This document shows, in pieces, positions 12,801 to 25,074 of a stretch of DNA of 64,000 nt. Within the stretch, counting starts at the first letter, position 1. Each line of letters begins with the position of its first letter. The notes below the pieces were generated by a model. It was given only the letters and a program-made list of their open reading frames with translations. It ran no database searches and was not told where the DNA came from. Source of the stretch: Takakia lepidozioides (lineage: Eukaryota > Plantae > Bryophyta); NCBI GenBank assembly GCA_030704615.1, contig CM060731.1, forward strand, positions 14,508,001-14,572,000, read 5' to 3'. A program made the position numbers and the translations under genes.

Positions 12801-14276
12801 GCAATGAAACCAAACAATGATATCAAAATAAATCCGACGAACACCAACCATCGAAAGATTGAAAGGGTTAGGCTTTCTTTTGAGACAACTAGCAAACACA
12901 CCAAACTCCCGAATAACAAGCACCCAAAACACTCGTGACAACTCCAATAACATGAACCTCCACTACCCTCCTAACTGTACAGATGTAATCTAGTGACGCG
13001 GGGAAGTTTGAAAGTATGGCCAAGCATTAGATGGGGCCTTGGAGTTGAATGCGAGGGAGCCGGTTCAGCCAGCGTGGACCCCCCGCCACCCCACGCCCAC
13101 CCCCCACTCCGTCACCCGCAGCGCGGCACGCCCTCCCGTGCCTCATGTTCCCGCTGCCAGGACATGAGACGTGCCCTCTCCCGCATCCCCATCCCTCCTC
13201 ACATCCCGCCCTCATGCATGGCATCGCCCTCCATCCCCCCTGCATGCCTTCATCCTCCCCATGCTACATGGTATCCCAAGCATACATCATGCCCTCTTTC
13301 AAAAATTCTGACATCTATTCAAATTTCAAATGGCAAATTTGAAGAAACAATGGACGTTGGGATATATGCCACGTCGTCACATGCATTGCCACCCCAATCT
13401 AGGGTTTTGCTACCCTCATCGTGCATTTCCTCGTACAACAGTTCTATCCCCACCTTCCAAACGCATCCCCACCTTGCAGGGATGCCTCGGCGTGAGCCTG
13501 GTCACGTGAGCGCGTGAGCGCGACTGCGCTCACGCCACGTCACCTTGCGCAAATGCCACGTCACGGGTCTCAGTCCACGTCATCACACGTGGAGGCCGAG
13601 TCACCACGCACCCAGAAAGAAGTGGAGTGTATTCCCGCGGATTGGCACCCTTTACCGCGGAAACAAGCTGGACGACATAATAAAAGGCATTGAATAAATG
13701 ATGGATGAATGTACAGTTGGATGATAAACAGATGGATGAGTTTGAAAAATCTATGTAGATGGATGAATGACGGATGGATAAGAGTAAAATGGATGAATGT
13801 ATAATGGATGTTGAGCAATGACAAAAATTCATGACAGGAAGATGCATGACCAAATCTTTTGACGAATGCACAAAGTATATGAAATGAGTGTGGAAGGTTT
13901 GTGGGGTGGATTAAAGAGTACAGAGGATGAATGTACAATGGATGTTGTACAAAGGAAGCTTTCATGAATGGAGCACGCATGAATACAGTGTAGATGAATG
14001 CACAATGGATATGAGAAGAGTCAGGAAGGTTTGTGAGATGGATTCATACATATAGCAATTTAAACGAAAGTTGATTCTGTGATTATTATTTGTTCTAAAG
14101 GAACAACTACGGTAGAGTAAGGGGATTCAACGTTTCCAGATAATATGAAAATGAATATTAAAAGAATACAGTTCAGTCTGACTCAGAGTCAGTACAATGT
14201 ATCCCCTCTTCCTCTGCATCTAAGTCTAAGTATTTTAGAACACCGGATCCACGCGGAATACACCTACGGCTGGCCA

Positions 14277-17200
14277 CTAAAAAGTCAGGGGATAGGGACT
14301 CGGACGCGTGAAGTGCCATTGCTTCGGCATAAACAGGGAGCAGAAAATTGGAAAAGGGGCTGTCGAAAACAGACTCGCCAGAAATGACTGTATCTCCTGA
14401 AGATCCACCGCTGGCTTTCCTGAAAGACAGCCTGAAAAAATTATTACTGTAACTTTGATGTTATCGAGAAATTGAGTATGACTCCCAAAGAGGGTTTAGC
14501 ACTTACTCACATGAAAAGTCGTTGTCGACCTGCTTATCTTGGGATCGTCATCATTTCGAATATGAATCCGATCAGTCTGTGTGCCTGAAGTGGAGCCAGA
14601 CAAAAGGGGGAGGAGCACTGTGTTGTAGAGGTCAGAATCACCCTCCATACCAAAAAGGCTTCTTCCGCCTGCCTTGCATGCGTGGTAAGTTGCTCCTGCA
14701 CCAGACAGGAGAACATAAACAGTTTGGAGGAGGGGATTTAAGCAGATGAAACTGTTGAAAGGAAACCAATTCGGAAGGGAGAAAACGAACCTGTGGACAC
14801 AGAAAGATCGACAACCCGTGCAGAGCGGTGGCTGCATGACTCCAGCAGTATTTGCATGAATGCTGGTGACTTTTCCTTTGCACCTCTCCAGGGAGTGCCA
14901 TCTGGTCTCTTCAGAGTCTGACTGGACTGCATGAAGTTGTACAAAATGTCATCGACATGGGGCTCATAGGGGGGGTTGACGAAACAACCCTGGTCAGAAA
15001 TCTCAAAGCTGCGGATGGAGGATGGTGTCTTTGATGTGCGAATCCTCCGCAGGCAGATCGCCTCGAACATCCTCGTCTGCCAAAGATAGCAGGTTAGTGT
15101 GGTAAACACAATCTAAAGTGGAAGTGTGTACATCGGCTATTCAGAACTCTGACACCAAAAAACCATGAATCGTTGATGATCGGTGTCGATCATAAAACAT
15201 TCTACTAGAGTGGAGCTGCAGAGAAAATTGAAACTCATGATCAAAGCATAAGCAGAAGGCAGACGGCATACCAGCTGACCAGGGAAACCGCCTTTCACAA
15301 GGTAGAGGCTGTTCACACAATTCCATGTGCGCAAAACTTCAAACCCTGAAGACTTGAGGTATGATGCCAATGCCCGACGACTATCATTGTCACATGACTG
15401 AAAAAGCATAAGTGTCCCTGCATCAGAGAGGAAATTGTTACAGAACCCGAATACCCAACTCCAGTAGTTGTCCTCGAATTTGTTCCACCCTGGCGTCTTG
15501 CCCTTTGGAAGAACTTCTGGCACAGCCTGGCCATCCGGGATGTCGAGAATGACAATGTCGGCCGCATAAGTTTTCTGCACACCGCACACGAAGGTGGGAC
15601 CTGTGCTCACCTGCAACAGACATGTTTTTTATAAGAACGATGGCAAGAATGTTTTCAAAGAACGAGACTGAAATACTGCCAACGAAACATTCAGAGAAAA
15701 AGGAAAGAAAATGGAATTCTCACCAGATTGAGGAATGAGATTATATTGTCCCAGGTAGGGGATGGCACCCCAGTGTATCCTCTCTTTCGACTCTGCATCA
15801 TCGAAAGCCAACCCTCATTAACAATTTTCATCTCTCCTGCTGAATCAGAACGGGAAGGGTGTGGCTTGGCATCGAACACGCACTGAAGAGTGCGGGTATA
15901 TCTTCCAGCAGTAAAGTCCTGCCCACTCTCCATCTCCTTTTCATTCTCCTTCCCCTTGTCCTTTTCCTTCTCTTTGGACTTGTCTTTGTCCTTTGGCTTT
16001 GCTGGTGAGATGGCTATGACATCAACAGCCTTGTCTTTTGGTTTGCGGCCCGCCTTCTTTCCCTTCTGCGGCGTTCCCTGAGCATCAGGCTCCTTGGCAG
16101 CCAAGGTTGCTATGTTTCGTTGATACTCTTCGTCAGTCAAAGGCGCCAGCATCTCAGCGTTATTGTTCAAGTATTTCATATGCTGTTCTTGAAAGGTCGT
16201 GTGCTCAGGTGGGCAGTCAAGGTACCACCCACAGTCTCTGAAGTGAGAAGGACTCCAGTCCTTCAATATCCCTGCAGTATACATGGTTGGATCGTTTGCA
16301 GGGTCCGACCACATGTCAAGATAGTCGGGAATTCCGCTCAGGTGATTTCCTTCCATAAGCACATATTTCGTGTACCTGAAAAAAGGAGATGAATCCCAAC
16401 CCACAAAAGCGCTCAGTGAGTAAGATGCAAGTAGAACAGAAAGAATAAAACATGGATTGAAATGGCTCTGACAACTGCTCCAAGGACCTTTCAGGACCAC
16501 ACTACTGCTCCAGATATGAATGTCGTCAACGCCATTCAGAACATTCCATTCCATGACACTGTAAATACATCCTAATCCAGGTGAATGCAAATAAGCGATT
16601 AGAAATGACACAGACATAGAAGTGAATGTCGTCAACGACATTCAAGAATGAAGCCAAATTATTACTGAAATGAAGCAAAATCACAGGATGGAAATAAAAA
16701 AATTGAGTAAGGAACCATCCAGGAAAACTCAATGCACATTCATAACGAACCTATCACTGAGGACCTCACAACATCACTGTATGTGAATGGCGTCAACGCC
16801 ATTCACAAAAATACAAAAAAGAAACCAATTACTTAGCTCCCCAATCCATGAATATTGAATTTGTCGTTTTTTAATAATACAGACACAGCTGTGAATGTCG
16901 TAACGACATTCACTTTGGATTTCTTAAAACAGAGCTTATGAAGCCTCCATATTCATCGCAAGAGGAAAAAACAATGCAGAACAACTGAATGTCTGCATTG
17001 ACATTCAGCAAAATGAAGTGATCAACCCTCATTGTATCCTCTATGGACATTACAAAAATTTAAATAACCTTGAGGACCGCACAACAACTCCGTATGTGAA
17101 TGTCGTCAACGCCATTCAAGGACATTATCAATTCTAATCAGGGACAATATAATTGCACCCTTAGATCCTAACCAGGTGAATTCATATACTCGCTTAAGAA

Positions 17201-19808
17201 TGACTCAGACAAAGAAGTGAATGTCGTCAACGACATTCAATCTGGATCTAAGATTGCAATCCATATGAAGCCACAATTTTTCCCAAAAAAACAGTAGAGT
17301 TTCAAGTATGACATTTCACCTGTACACAACTCGCATCATGGCCCACTCTCCTCCAACCTGACTGTCAAAGTCGTTGGACCGTAAAATGTTACCATCTTTG
17401 GAGAACTCCCGGAAAAAACAGTATCTCCAGGTGAGACCTCTCCACTTCCTTATGTATGCCTCCAATGACATTTGGGGAGGGGAAACAATCGCAATGTTCA
17501 GGTCCTTCAAAGTCTGATCCAGCACAATGACGGCGCGCTTTTCGAGCTGCAAATAGAATATTTGTCAGAATTGCAAAAAAGAAACACATCACATACTTGA
17601 AGATAAGAAACAGCATGTTCGAATACACACCTGACTCCAAAATGTAGCCTTGTGGAGCCAGTTATCAAACACCAAATCACTGATTCCTTCCACCTTTGTG
17701 CCAGGCTGTATGGTGCTCTTTGGGAACTGATTCAAGTCCTTTACTGTTTGATCTGAGTTCCATATCTCCAGCCACCTTATTTTTGTTTGTGGGTCGACCA
17801 TCGATATGGCCAGCCGGTGCAATTTCTCCTGCTGCATCTCCGGATGCACATGCTTGTCATAGTGTGTTTTGATCTGCTGAAGGAACTCAGGACCAAGTCC
17901 AGGATCTACTATTCTAAGCTGCTTTCCGAAGGCTGACATCAATTTGGTTCTTCGCATCTCAAACTCCTTCTTTATTGCAGCTTCCACACCCTTTGATGTC
18001 CTTAGTTCCTCTGGTGTAGTGCGGTAATATTCGGATTTTCCCTTCTCAGCTGCCTCTGCCAGTTCTTGCTGCATTCATTCAAGTAGTGATTAGCTCCGAA
18101 GGGACTCTAAACATGTATTCGAAAAGTAAACAGATTACAGACTCGGGCTTACCGCATACATGTACTCCAGAAACGCCTCTCGTGTCAAAGAATACCAAGT
18201 GCCTGCAGCTCTTCCTGTTTCGCACTTCTTGATGATATTGGGTGGTAGTACTGTCCGAAAATCATCCAGCTTCATCAGACCAATCCTCTGAATTCGGAAT
18301 AGTGTGTGAACCAAGCTTGTTGTCACATGCGATTTCTCTGTCGATCTGCAAAAACATTGAAAACATTGCATTCCTTAACACTGTTTTTTGAGGATCAACA
18401 AGACACTACAGAGGGAATCAAATCTCCTGGATGACTTACTTGTTCACGTCGTGCATAGCTGTAAGAAGCCTAGCGATGTCGTTTCCTGGATCCAAAACCA
18501 TTGCCTCCACAGCAACATGCTTGTCTTTGTCTTTCGAATGGTGTTTCTGAATGTATCCCATCCATGCCAGCAATCGGTGGTTGCCGTCCCAGACGTAGAA
18601 CATGTGGTTGCAAAATTGCTGGGTGTTCTTTCCCATCATGAGGCCCAGCTCGAACTCCTCATTGGCATCTTTCCAGCACTCATCCCAGTTATCACTGATC
18701 TCTGGAGAAACTAATGTGCTTTTCCCATTTATATCCGTCAGGGACACATAAAAAACTTGTGCACCAAGTCTATATCCATGCACAAAATCACTCTCCAATT
18801 TTGTTATGTCATGGGAAAGAGGTGGACGCACAACAGGCATTGATATCATCCGGCACAGAGGTATGTCCAGACGCCCTCCAGATACGAGCATGTCCCTTAT
18901 AACCTCCTGAGAGTTTACCTTCTGGAATGACATGAGTTCTTTCACCTTGTCAAGGTAGTGCACTTCGGATTCATCTGCTTCATCTGTATTCTCTGAGCTT
19001 TTTGCGGACTCGTCCCCATCTCCAGATCCTTTCCCCTCTGATCCTGTAGGCTTCGACCTCACAGTTTTCTGCACGATGCCATTCAGTTCTGACTAAGTCA
19101 TTTGCAAATAGTGAATGGCGGTAACGACAATCACTCTGTATCAAGGAAACTCACCATGAATGGTGTGAAAGAATTCAGCACAATCTACAGATGCAAAGCC
19201 GAGACTGCCGTATTCAAAACAAAAGTGAGAGCGATAGCGAACGGCGTTAACGACAATCACAAAAGATAACAACCTGCCGGATCGGTGTTGTGAAATGACA
19301 TATATGTGCAACTGATTGGCGGCAACGACATTCAGTATAGTTTAGGGAGAATAGTAAGTGCAGACTCTCTCTTCAAACACATAGGTACATAAATCTCATG
19401 AGCAGAATCGAATGGCGTTAACGACGCTCGCGATTCAGTAGTTCCTGCTAAAGAATGGAAGAGGAAGGACTCCTTGAAAGGCAATCACATAGACTATATG
19501 ATAAAACTTACTGGCACCTTCTTAGGTTTTGAACTTTGATCCCCTTCTGCAGCTTTCCTCTTCCCTCTCACATCTGCTGGAGTTTCTGTCTGCGCAAGGG
19601 TTTCTTGACCTTCTTCAGGTTCGGCGTTCCGCGTGCTTCCACCTTCTTCAGTGTCCCTGCGATTCATCTCTGCCTCCACAGGCTGGCGCACTCTTATCGC
19701 CGGCTGTGTCGCAGCCGCTGCCTCAGTCTCCGTCTGCTCTTGTGAATCAGTCTCCGCGTTCACCTGCTGCCTTGGCCCTGTGTTCTCCAACAAACGACGC
19801 CTCGTCAT
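14277..19808 (-). CDS. MULE accessory gene: ParB/Srx-like N-terminal domain plus beta-class N6A/N4C DNA methyltransferase-like C-terminal domain, 10 exons, about 1,100 aa
   Basis: Phase-consistent GT-AG exons 19808-19512, 19068-18440, 18345-18153, 18068-17631, 17546-17320, 16375-15724, 15610-15272, 15076-14791, 14695-~14511, 14431-~14277, with no stops. ParB-like IPLCRMISMPVVRPPL...FYVWDGNHRLLAW. MTase-like ADIVILDIPDG (motif IV position) precedes EKSPAFMQILLESCS...VVDLSVSTGATYHACKAGGRSLFGMEGD (motifs X-I-II). Confidence 0.8.
16517..17239. repeat. Intronic array of 7 palindromes, consensus TGAATGTCGT-CA-ACGACATTCA
   Basis: Copies start at 16517, 16623, 16783, 16891, 16985, 17096 and 17217, all inside intron 16376-17319. 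Confidence 0.9.
19111..19430. repeat. Second intronic array of the same palindrome (4-5 more diverged copies)
   Basis: Copies near 19111, 19157 (weak), 19238, 19312 and 19409, inside intron 19069-19511. Confidence 0.8.
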
Positions 19809-20597
19809 TTTCTCTCTTGCTCTGCGTCTCTCTCTAAGGGAAGTAAAATAAAGAGACTTTCTTCTCTTTCGTATTCTAGAAGGAACCCTCTCCAGCTTGA
19901 CTACCACTCTCCCTCTAAGCGCGAAGCATCGGATTCCCTCCCGCGTGACCGTTACACATAGTCGTTTCGATATTAGTGCACATGCCAGCAATTGGTGTAC
20001 AGCTGTTCGTATTCAGTTATGGATGTCTGACGTGTGCCGCCCAAAACAAAACGGCGTGTTCTAATTTATAACTGGTTCAATATTTAAAAAGAACAGCGAA
20101 TCCCAGAAATTGATGCGCAGTCTTAAACAAATAAATATAAATGAACGAGAGTTTGATGACAAATTTTGGAATATCATACACGGTCATCCTTGTTATCCAA
20201 ACCCCACATTCGTTGCACATTTGGAACTTTCCAGGTGCGCATGATCATTGGTAGTAGTATATAGATACATTTACTTAATCTGCAATCCCATTCTCGGATC
20301 CTGTGGCATGCTTCCAGGAAGTCGGCTTTGTTATTGGGTTTATTGATGAGGTTCTGATTAACGGTTTAACAGTTGCCGACACTGCCCCTATGGATTCTCT
20401 GACCACTGGGCCCACAAGAAAAGTAATTAAAATGGACGGCTGCATATCTGGAATGAATAACAGAATATGCACAGTCGTTATCTGAGCTTCCTCCGCCATA
20501 TGCTCTGCTCATTCTTCAACTGTGTTCTGGAGACAGCAGTAAACCGATTTACACTAGATCTGCGATAGCAAGGTACAAACATACTCGAGGAAGGAAG

Positions 20598-23500
20598 ATG
20601 GCTTCCTCTGAAGCGGAGTTCTTCTCAGACGACAAACCAGTGCCGTTCTCCCAGGAAGTCCTTGACAATGGATTTGCAATTGTTCTGGAACATGTCTTGG
20701 CTACCCGTTTTCAGCTGCAGAATGGCTCCATCTTTTTGGAGAAAGAGGTTTACGATCTGAAAGGGAAGTTGGTGAAATATTCTTTCCAAAACCGTGATGA
20801 GACGGCTCATATCAGCCAGTGGAGAGTGCGTCCTGGTCGATACAGAGTACTTGGAGAGCCTCGGCGAAAGTCCCTTGGGTCATATGTGACGCCCGGGACT
20901 GCTGCTTCGGTCGTTGAAGACAAGAGGGAGGTGGTGGTGAAAAAAGAACAGACGTCCTCCACTCCAATCGTTGAGCTTTCGGATTCTTCCGATGATGACA
21001 TAAGTGAAATTCCAAATCCAGTCCTTCCTACTGTGGTTGCAGAAGCTGATGAAGAAGAGATTTGTAGTGTCATTCCAAAATTGCGGGCGATGGGAGGAAT
21101 GGCTGGATTCAAAAGCGAGTTGCGGGGAATTGATTGGGAATCTTTGAAGCAGGTGCCTGTGAAGTTCTTGCCGGAGACTTTTGATGGCGATATCCTATTC
21201 GAGCTGCCTCCTCCTCCGCGAGTTGGAGGTGTAACAATCATGATGCATGGAATGGACAAGAAACACGACGGGCACCCGTGGTGCAGAACAAAAACATCCA
21301 ATATTCAGAATGATGACAAGCTTGTTTTCAGGAGGACAGTTTGCAATGGACACCTTAGGTGTGATAATTTGAATTGCAGACACTTTCTTCAGTCTGGAGT
21401 TCATAATCAAAGCGAATGGGAGGGTCTGGCAGAGAATCCATTTCAGCCTGGGACTGCCCCTCCACCGGCAAACACTTTCGTCTGCAAATTCTGCAAACTT
21501 GTGCCATCCTGCTTGGCGCTCTGCGGAGCAAGAATGTACTATGTTGTCCACCGTTTGAATACAATGACGAGAGCTTGTGTGCATTTTGGATTCCATAACC
21601 ATCCTGTCTCGAAGGGGGATTACAGGGAGAGTGTTGAGACAGTATCGAGGTTGATCAAACAGGAGTTCGGGAGAAACCCATCCGCAACAACATCTGCAAT
21701 TGCTCTTGGCGCAAGCAAGTCCTTCTTGGAAAGCCATATTTTGAGTGAAGGAGATTCTGTGGGGACTAAACTTGACGGTGCAGCATTGGACCTGGTCATG
21801 GATCATTTCTCCACTTTAAGTTCACCTAACATTCGGCATCAGATCAATGCATTGAGAATGGGCTCTGGGATCAGAGGCTACATAGACAATATTTTGGAAT
21901 TGAAACGACTGAGCAAGTACGATTACATCCAGGACAATGTATTCCCAGGTCAAGGTGCCATCAAAGTTTTTCTTTTCAAAATGTCGACTGTTGGGGAGGG
22001 CAGTGGGGTTAGCCTCGTGAAGCGGATGCAGAAGACTGGGGACTTGCAGAACTGTTTTCTTATGTTTGATCATGTGAAACGAGTGAAGGATTGGACGACA
22101 ATGGCTTGTCATGTCTACGATCCAGTGTACCAACGAGTTATGACAATTGCAGTTTGTGACATGCAATCCGAGGATACGGAATCCCAGAAGCTCATGTGGA
22201 ATTCCCTGATACGTGTCATGGGCTGCCATGGGCTGCCATCTCCAAATTTCGCAGGTTTCATGGCGGATAGTGCTCAAGCAAATTTCAATGCTATTCGTAT
22301 TGTCTTCGGATCGGGCGACCCAAAAGTGCCTATGCCAGGAAGAGAGCGTACATGTCTATTCCATTGGACACAATCTCTGGAAAAACATACAAAGTCGGAC
22401 ATCAAACCAGAGATGCAGACTCAGCACCGTAAATTGTGCAAAGAGTACAAAGATGCTAGAACAATGAAGGAGGCGGACACTTTGTTCCAGACAATTCGTG
22501 CCTGGTGGTTCTCTTCTGGAGCTGCATCACTTGAGAGTATGAGAGCATTGGAAGATTGGCTGGCGTTTTGGCACTTCCGGTATAGACAGTGGGGAGCAGC
22601 CATGACAATGGTACGAGGCTTCTATTTCATGCTTTATTCATACATTTGCTTTCCATATTTTTGTTGCTTTCTTTATGTTGTTTCCTGTGCACTATTCTGA
22701 AGTGTGGTTATCCTCTTTGCAGAACATGTCCATTGAGGAAATGGCAGACATGCCATCTTGCAATTTGGCAGAAACTGTGCACAATGCATGGTTGCAGCAG
22801 TCTGGGAAAAGAGGTCGGGATTTGTATGTGGCAACAACAGATGATTTGATACGTGCCTTGCAACAACAAACCCGATACCGTGATTTCTTACGAGGTGGGG
22901 TTGGTGGCAAGGGTCCGGACAAATCGGAGTTGATGTTGCGTGCTGCAAACAGATCTGGGGATCCAATCAAGATAGCACGGGCGGTGAGCATGTATGCCCA
23001 GGGAACGCCACTTGTTTCTAGAGTTCCACATCTTGAAGGGGAGGAGAGATTCGGCTCCTGTAAGAGGAAATTGAACACTCCACCTGGTTCGGATTCAGAT
23101 TCCCACAGGGCAGACCGTGATAACTTCTCGAAGCCTCGTGTTCCCCTGCATGACAGCTCCGTGTCCGGAACCTCCATTGTGGAGGAACCTCCAACACGAC
23201 GGCAAGCTCCAGCATCAAACCGTGCCACTGAAATGGTGCAGGAGAGAAACAACCCCCTTGATGTGCTTGAGTCCGCATGCCCCGACCACGTTTGGCACAT
23301 AGAACGCACAAGTGTCGGGTCTCGTGTGAAATGTACAGCGATCAGGGCAACTAATTTCGAGAAGTGCACTTCATCTATATCCAGAGGTGGTGCCCGAACT
23401 CCTGCTCCGACTTTCACGGGCTTGATGCGTCCATACGGTCAACCAGAAGCCAAGAACCACAAGTTCTGGTTCTGCGCAGATGATTGTGCCAGATGTGTGC

Positions 23501-24108
23501 ATGGAACTGTGCGTCCTTCCGTAGTGATGAAGCCATCTCCTCCAACCGTTTGGCCCGTGAAGGTGGGAACACATCTCAGCTTTCAGGAGATTGAAATGCT
23601 GGAGGAGGCAGGTTTTTCCCTTGCGAGACAACCCCAACTCCATGCATGTGCTACTACTCCTGCGTCCTCCCGGGTCCCCCCGGCAAATCCTGACTTGTGG
23701 CCAACCAAACGAGATGGAAAGCTCGTTCGGCGTTTCCCTCCAACCGCTGAACACTTTGGCAAAGTGGAGTCCGCAAGAATGCTCCAAGCTCGTGTTGGAA
23801 GCACCACGGAAGTACCCGATCCAGGATATGGTCGGGTATTCACAATCATCACTTCCACATCTGCTGTTCATGACAGGACCTACGACATCACGGTTTCCAA
23901 TTTCCCCAATTGCACATGTCCTGATTTTGTGAATATGCTATCAACCAGTTTGGGCAAGAGAGGTAAATTCATACCCTGCAAACATTTGTATTTCATATTT
24001 TTGAGGAGGATGGTTTGCGATCCCAAATGTGACAACTTCATTCACCAGGCCACTATGAGTTTCAACGAGGTCGATACTCTTTTGCAGCGGGATACAACAC
24101 ATGGGTAG
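20598..24108 (+). CDS. MULE DDE transposase with GCM/WRKY-like Cys/His region and C-terminal SWIM finger; exons 20598-22610 and 22723-24108 (1,132 aa)
   Basis: MFDHVKRV (D1), GFMADSAQA (D2), TCLFHW (CxxH), SCNLAETVHNAW (E), SWIM CTCPDF...CKHLYFI. Phase-0 intron ATG|GTACGA...TTGCAG|AAC. No stops. Confidence 0.88.
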
Positions 24109-25074
24109 CATGAACTATGTAATGTGGTATGTGGATGACCATGATTTGAAATGTGTAATTCACATCAATTCGTCGGCTGTGCAATGATATGGCCTCCAAC
24201 TATACGGAGTGAGGTCTGAGTGACAACTTTTAGGTAGTGCACATTTGTCATTGCACCGTTCGAAGTCTACATGTCTTGCTGTCGCTATGCACTACAATCA
24301 TCTTTTGAAGATGATCATAACTCTCATTGTTATTTGAGGAGGGAGGAAGTCTTCTCGTGGCAGCCTTTATGGCGCACACTTTGTGAGGATATTTTGTCGT
24401 CTTCGTAATTGTAAAAGTGAAACAAACATTTGTAATTGCACAATGTTGGATGCTGCAATTGTAGGCCTCAACGCTCGTCTTGATTCTATTTAGGCAAGAT
24501 TCCCTGCATTAATTCCACGGTCATAGGACCATCCACGGTTATAGGCGGCGCATGTTAATGCTGACGTGGCAGTTGACGGACAGTGCCACGTCATCATTTA
24601 CCGCCACATCAGCATGCTGACATGACGCTCACGCCACGTCAGCTGGTGTGCAGGCTCACGCCACGTCACTCCTGCGTGAGCGTACGCTCGCGCGCTCACG
24701 TGCAACGCTCACGCCATTGCGTCGTTGCCCACCTTGGCACTCTGCGTTCACCTTCCATATTGAATTGTGTTTGTATGTTGCCTACATATGTTGCATACCA
24801 TTGTAAGTTGCAATCGTGTGGATGTCTGGCCCACCTGAAAAAATTGTGCTTGCATAGGGCACAATTTGTTGTCTGATGCATGAATTTCCTTTGCAGCTAT
24901 ACATGCCCACAATCTGCCAGCAGAACAAAAGATTAGGAGTTTTATGTGAGGATAGGGCAGGGAAAACAAAAGGTACAGAACCTACCTCTGTCAGGGGCTG
25001 ACGTTGGTAGTGTGACTTACCATCATATATAGAATTAATCCGGGTTTTCCAGATATCCTCTAGAAACTCAGAAG

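Larger units (their letters stand above)
13477..24727 (+). mobile_element. Mutator-like (MULE) DNA transposon, 11.25 kb, apparently intact
   Basis: Perfect 9-bp TSD CCCACCTTG (13468-13476, 24728-24736). Imperfect GC-rich TIRs (GGCGTGAGC...CACGTGAGCGCG...GCTCACGC). Repeated GCCACGTCA subterminal motifs. Encodes a MULE transposase. Confidence 0.9.

Noticed and set aside
16517-17239. CRISPR-like array of spaced palindromes
   Set aside because: Spacers are about 70-140 bp, unequal and partly homologous to each other; the array lies in a spliceosomal intron; no cas genes.
22692-23417. 241-aa minus-strand ORF and similar antisense ORFs over the transposases, copia pol and RAV
   Set aside because: Shadow ORFs of real genes on the opposite strand.
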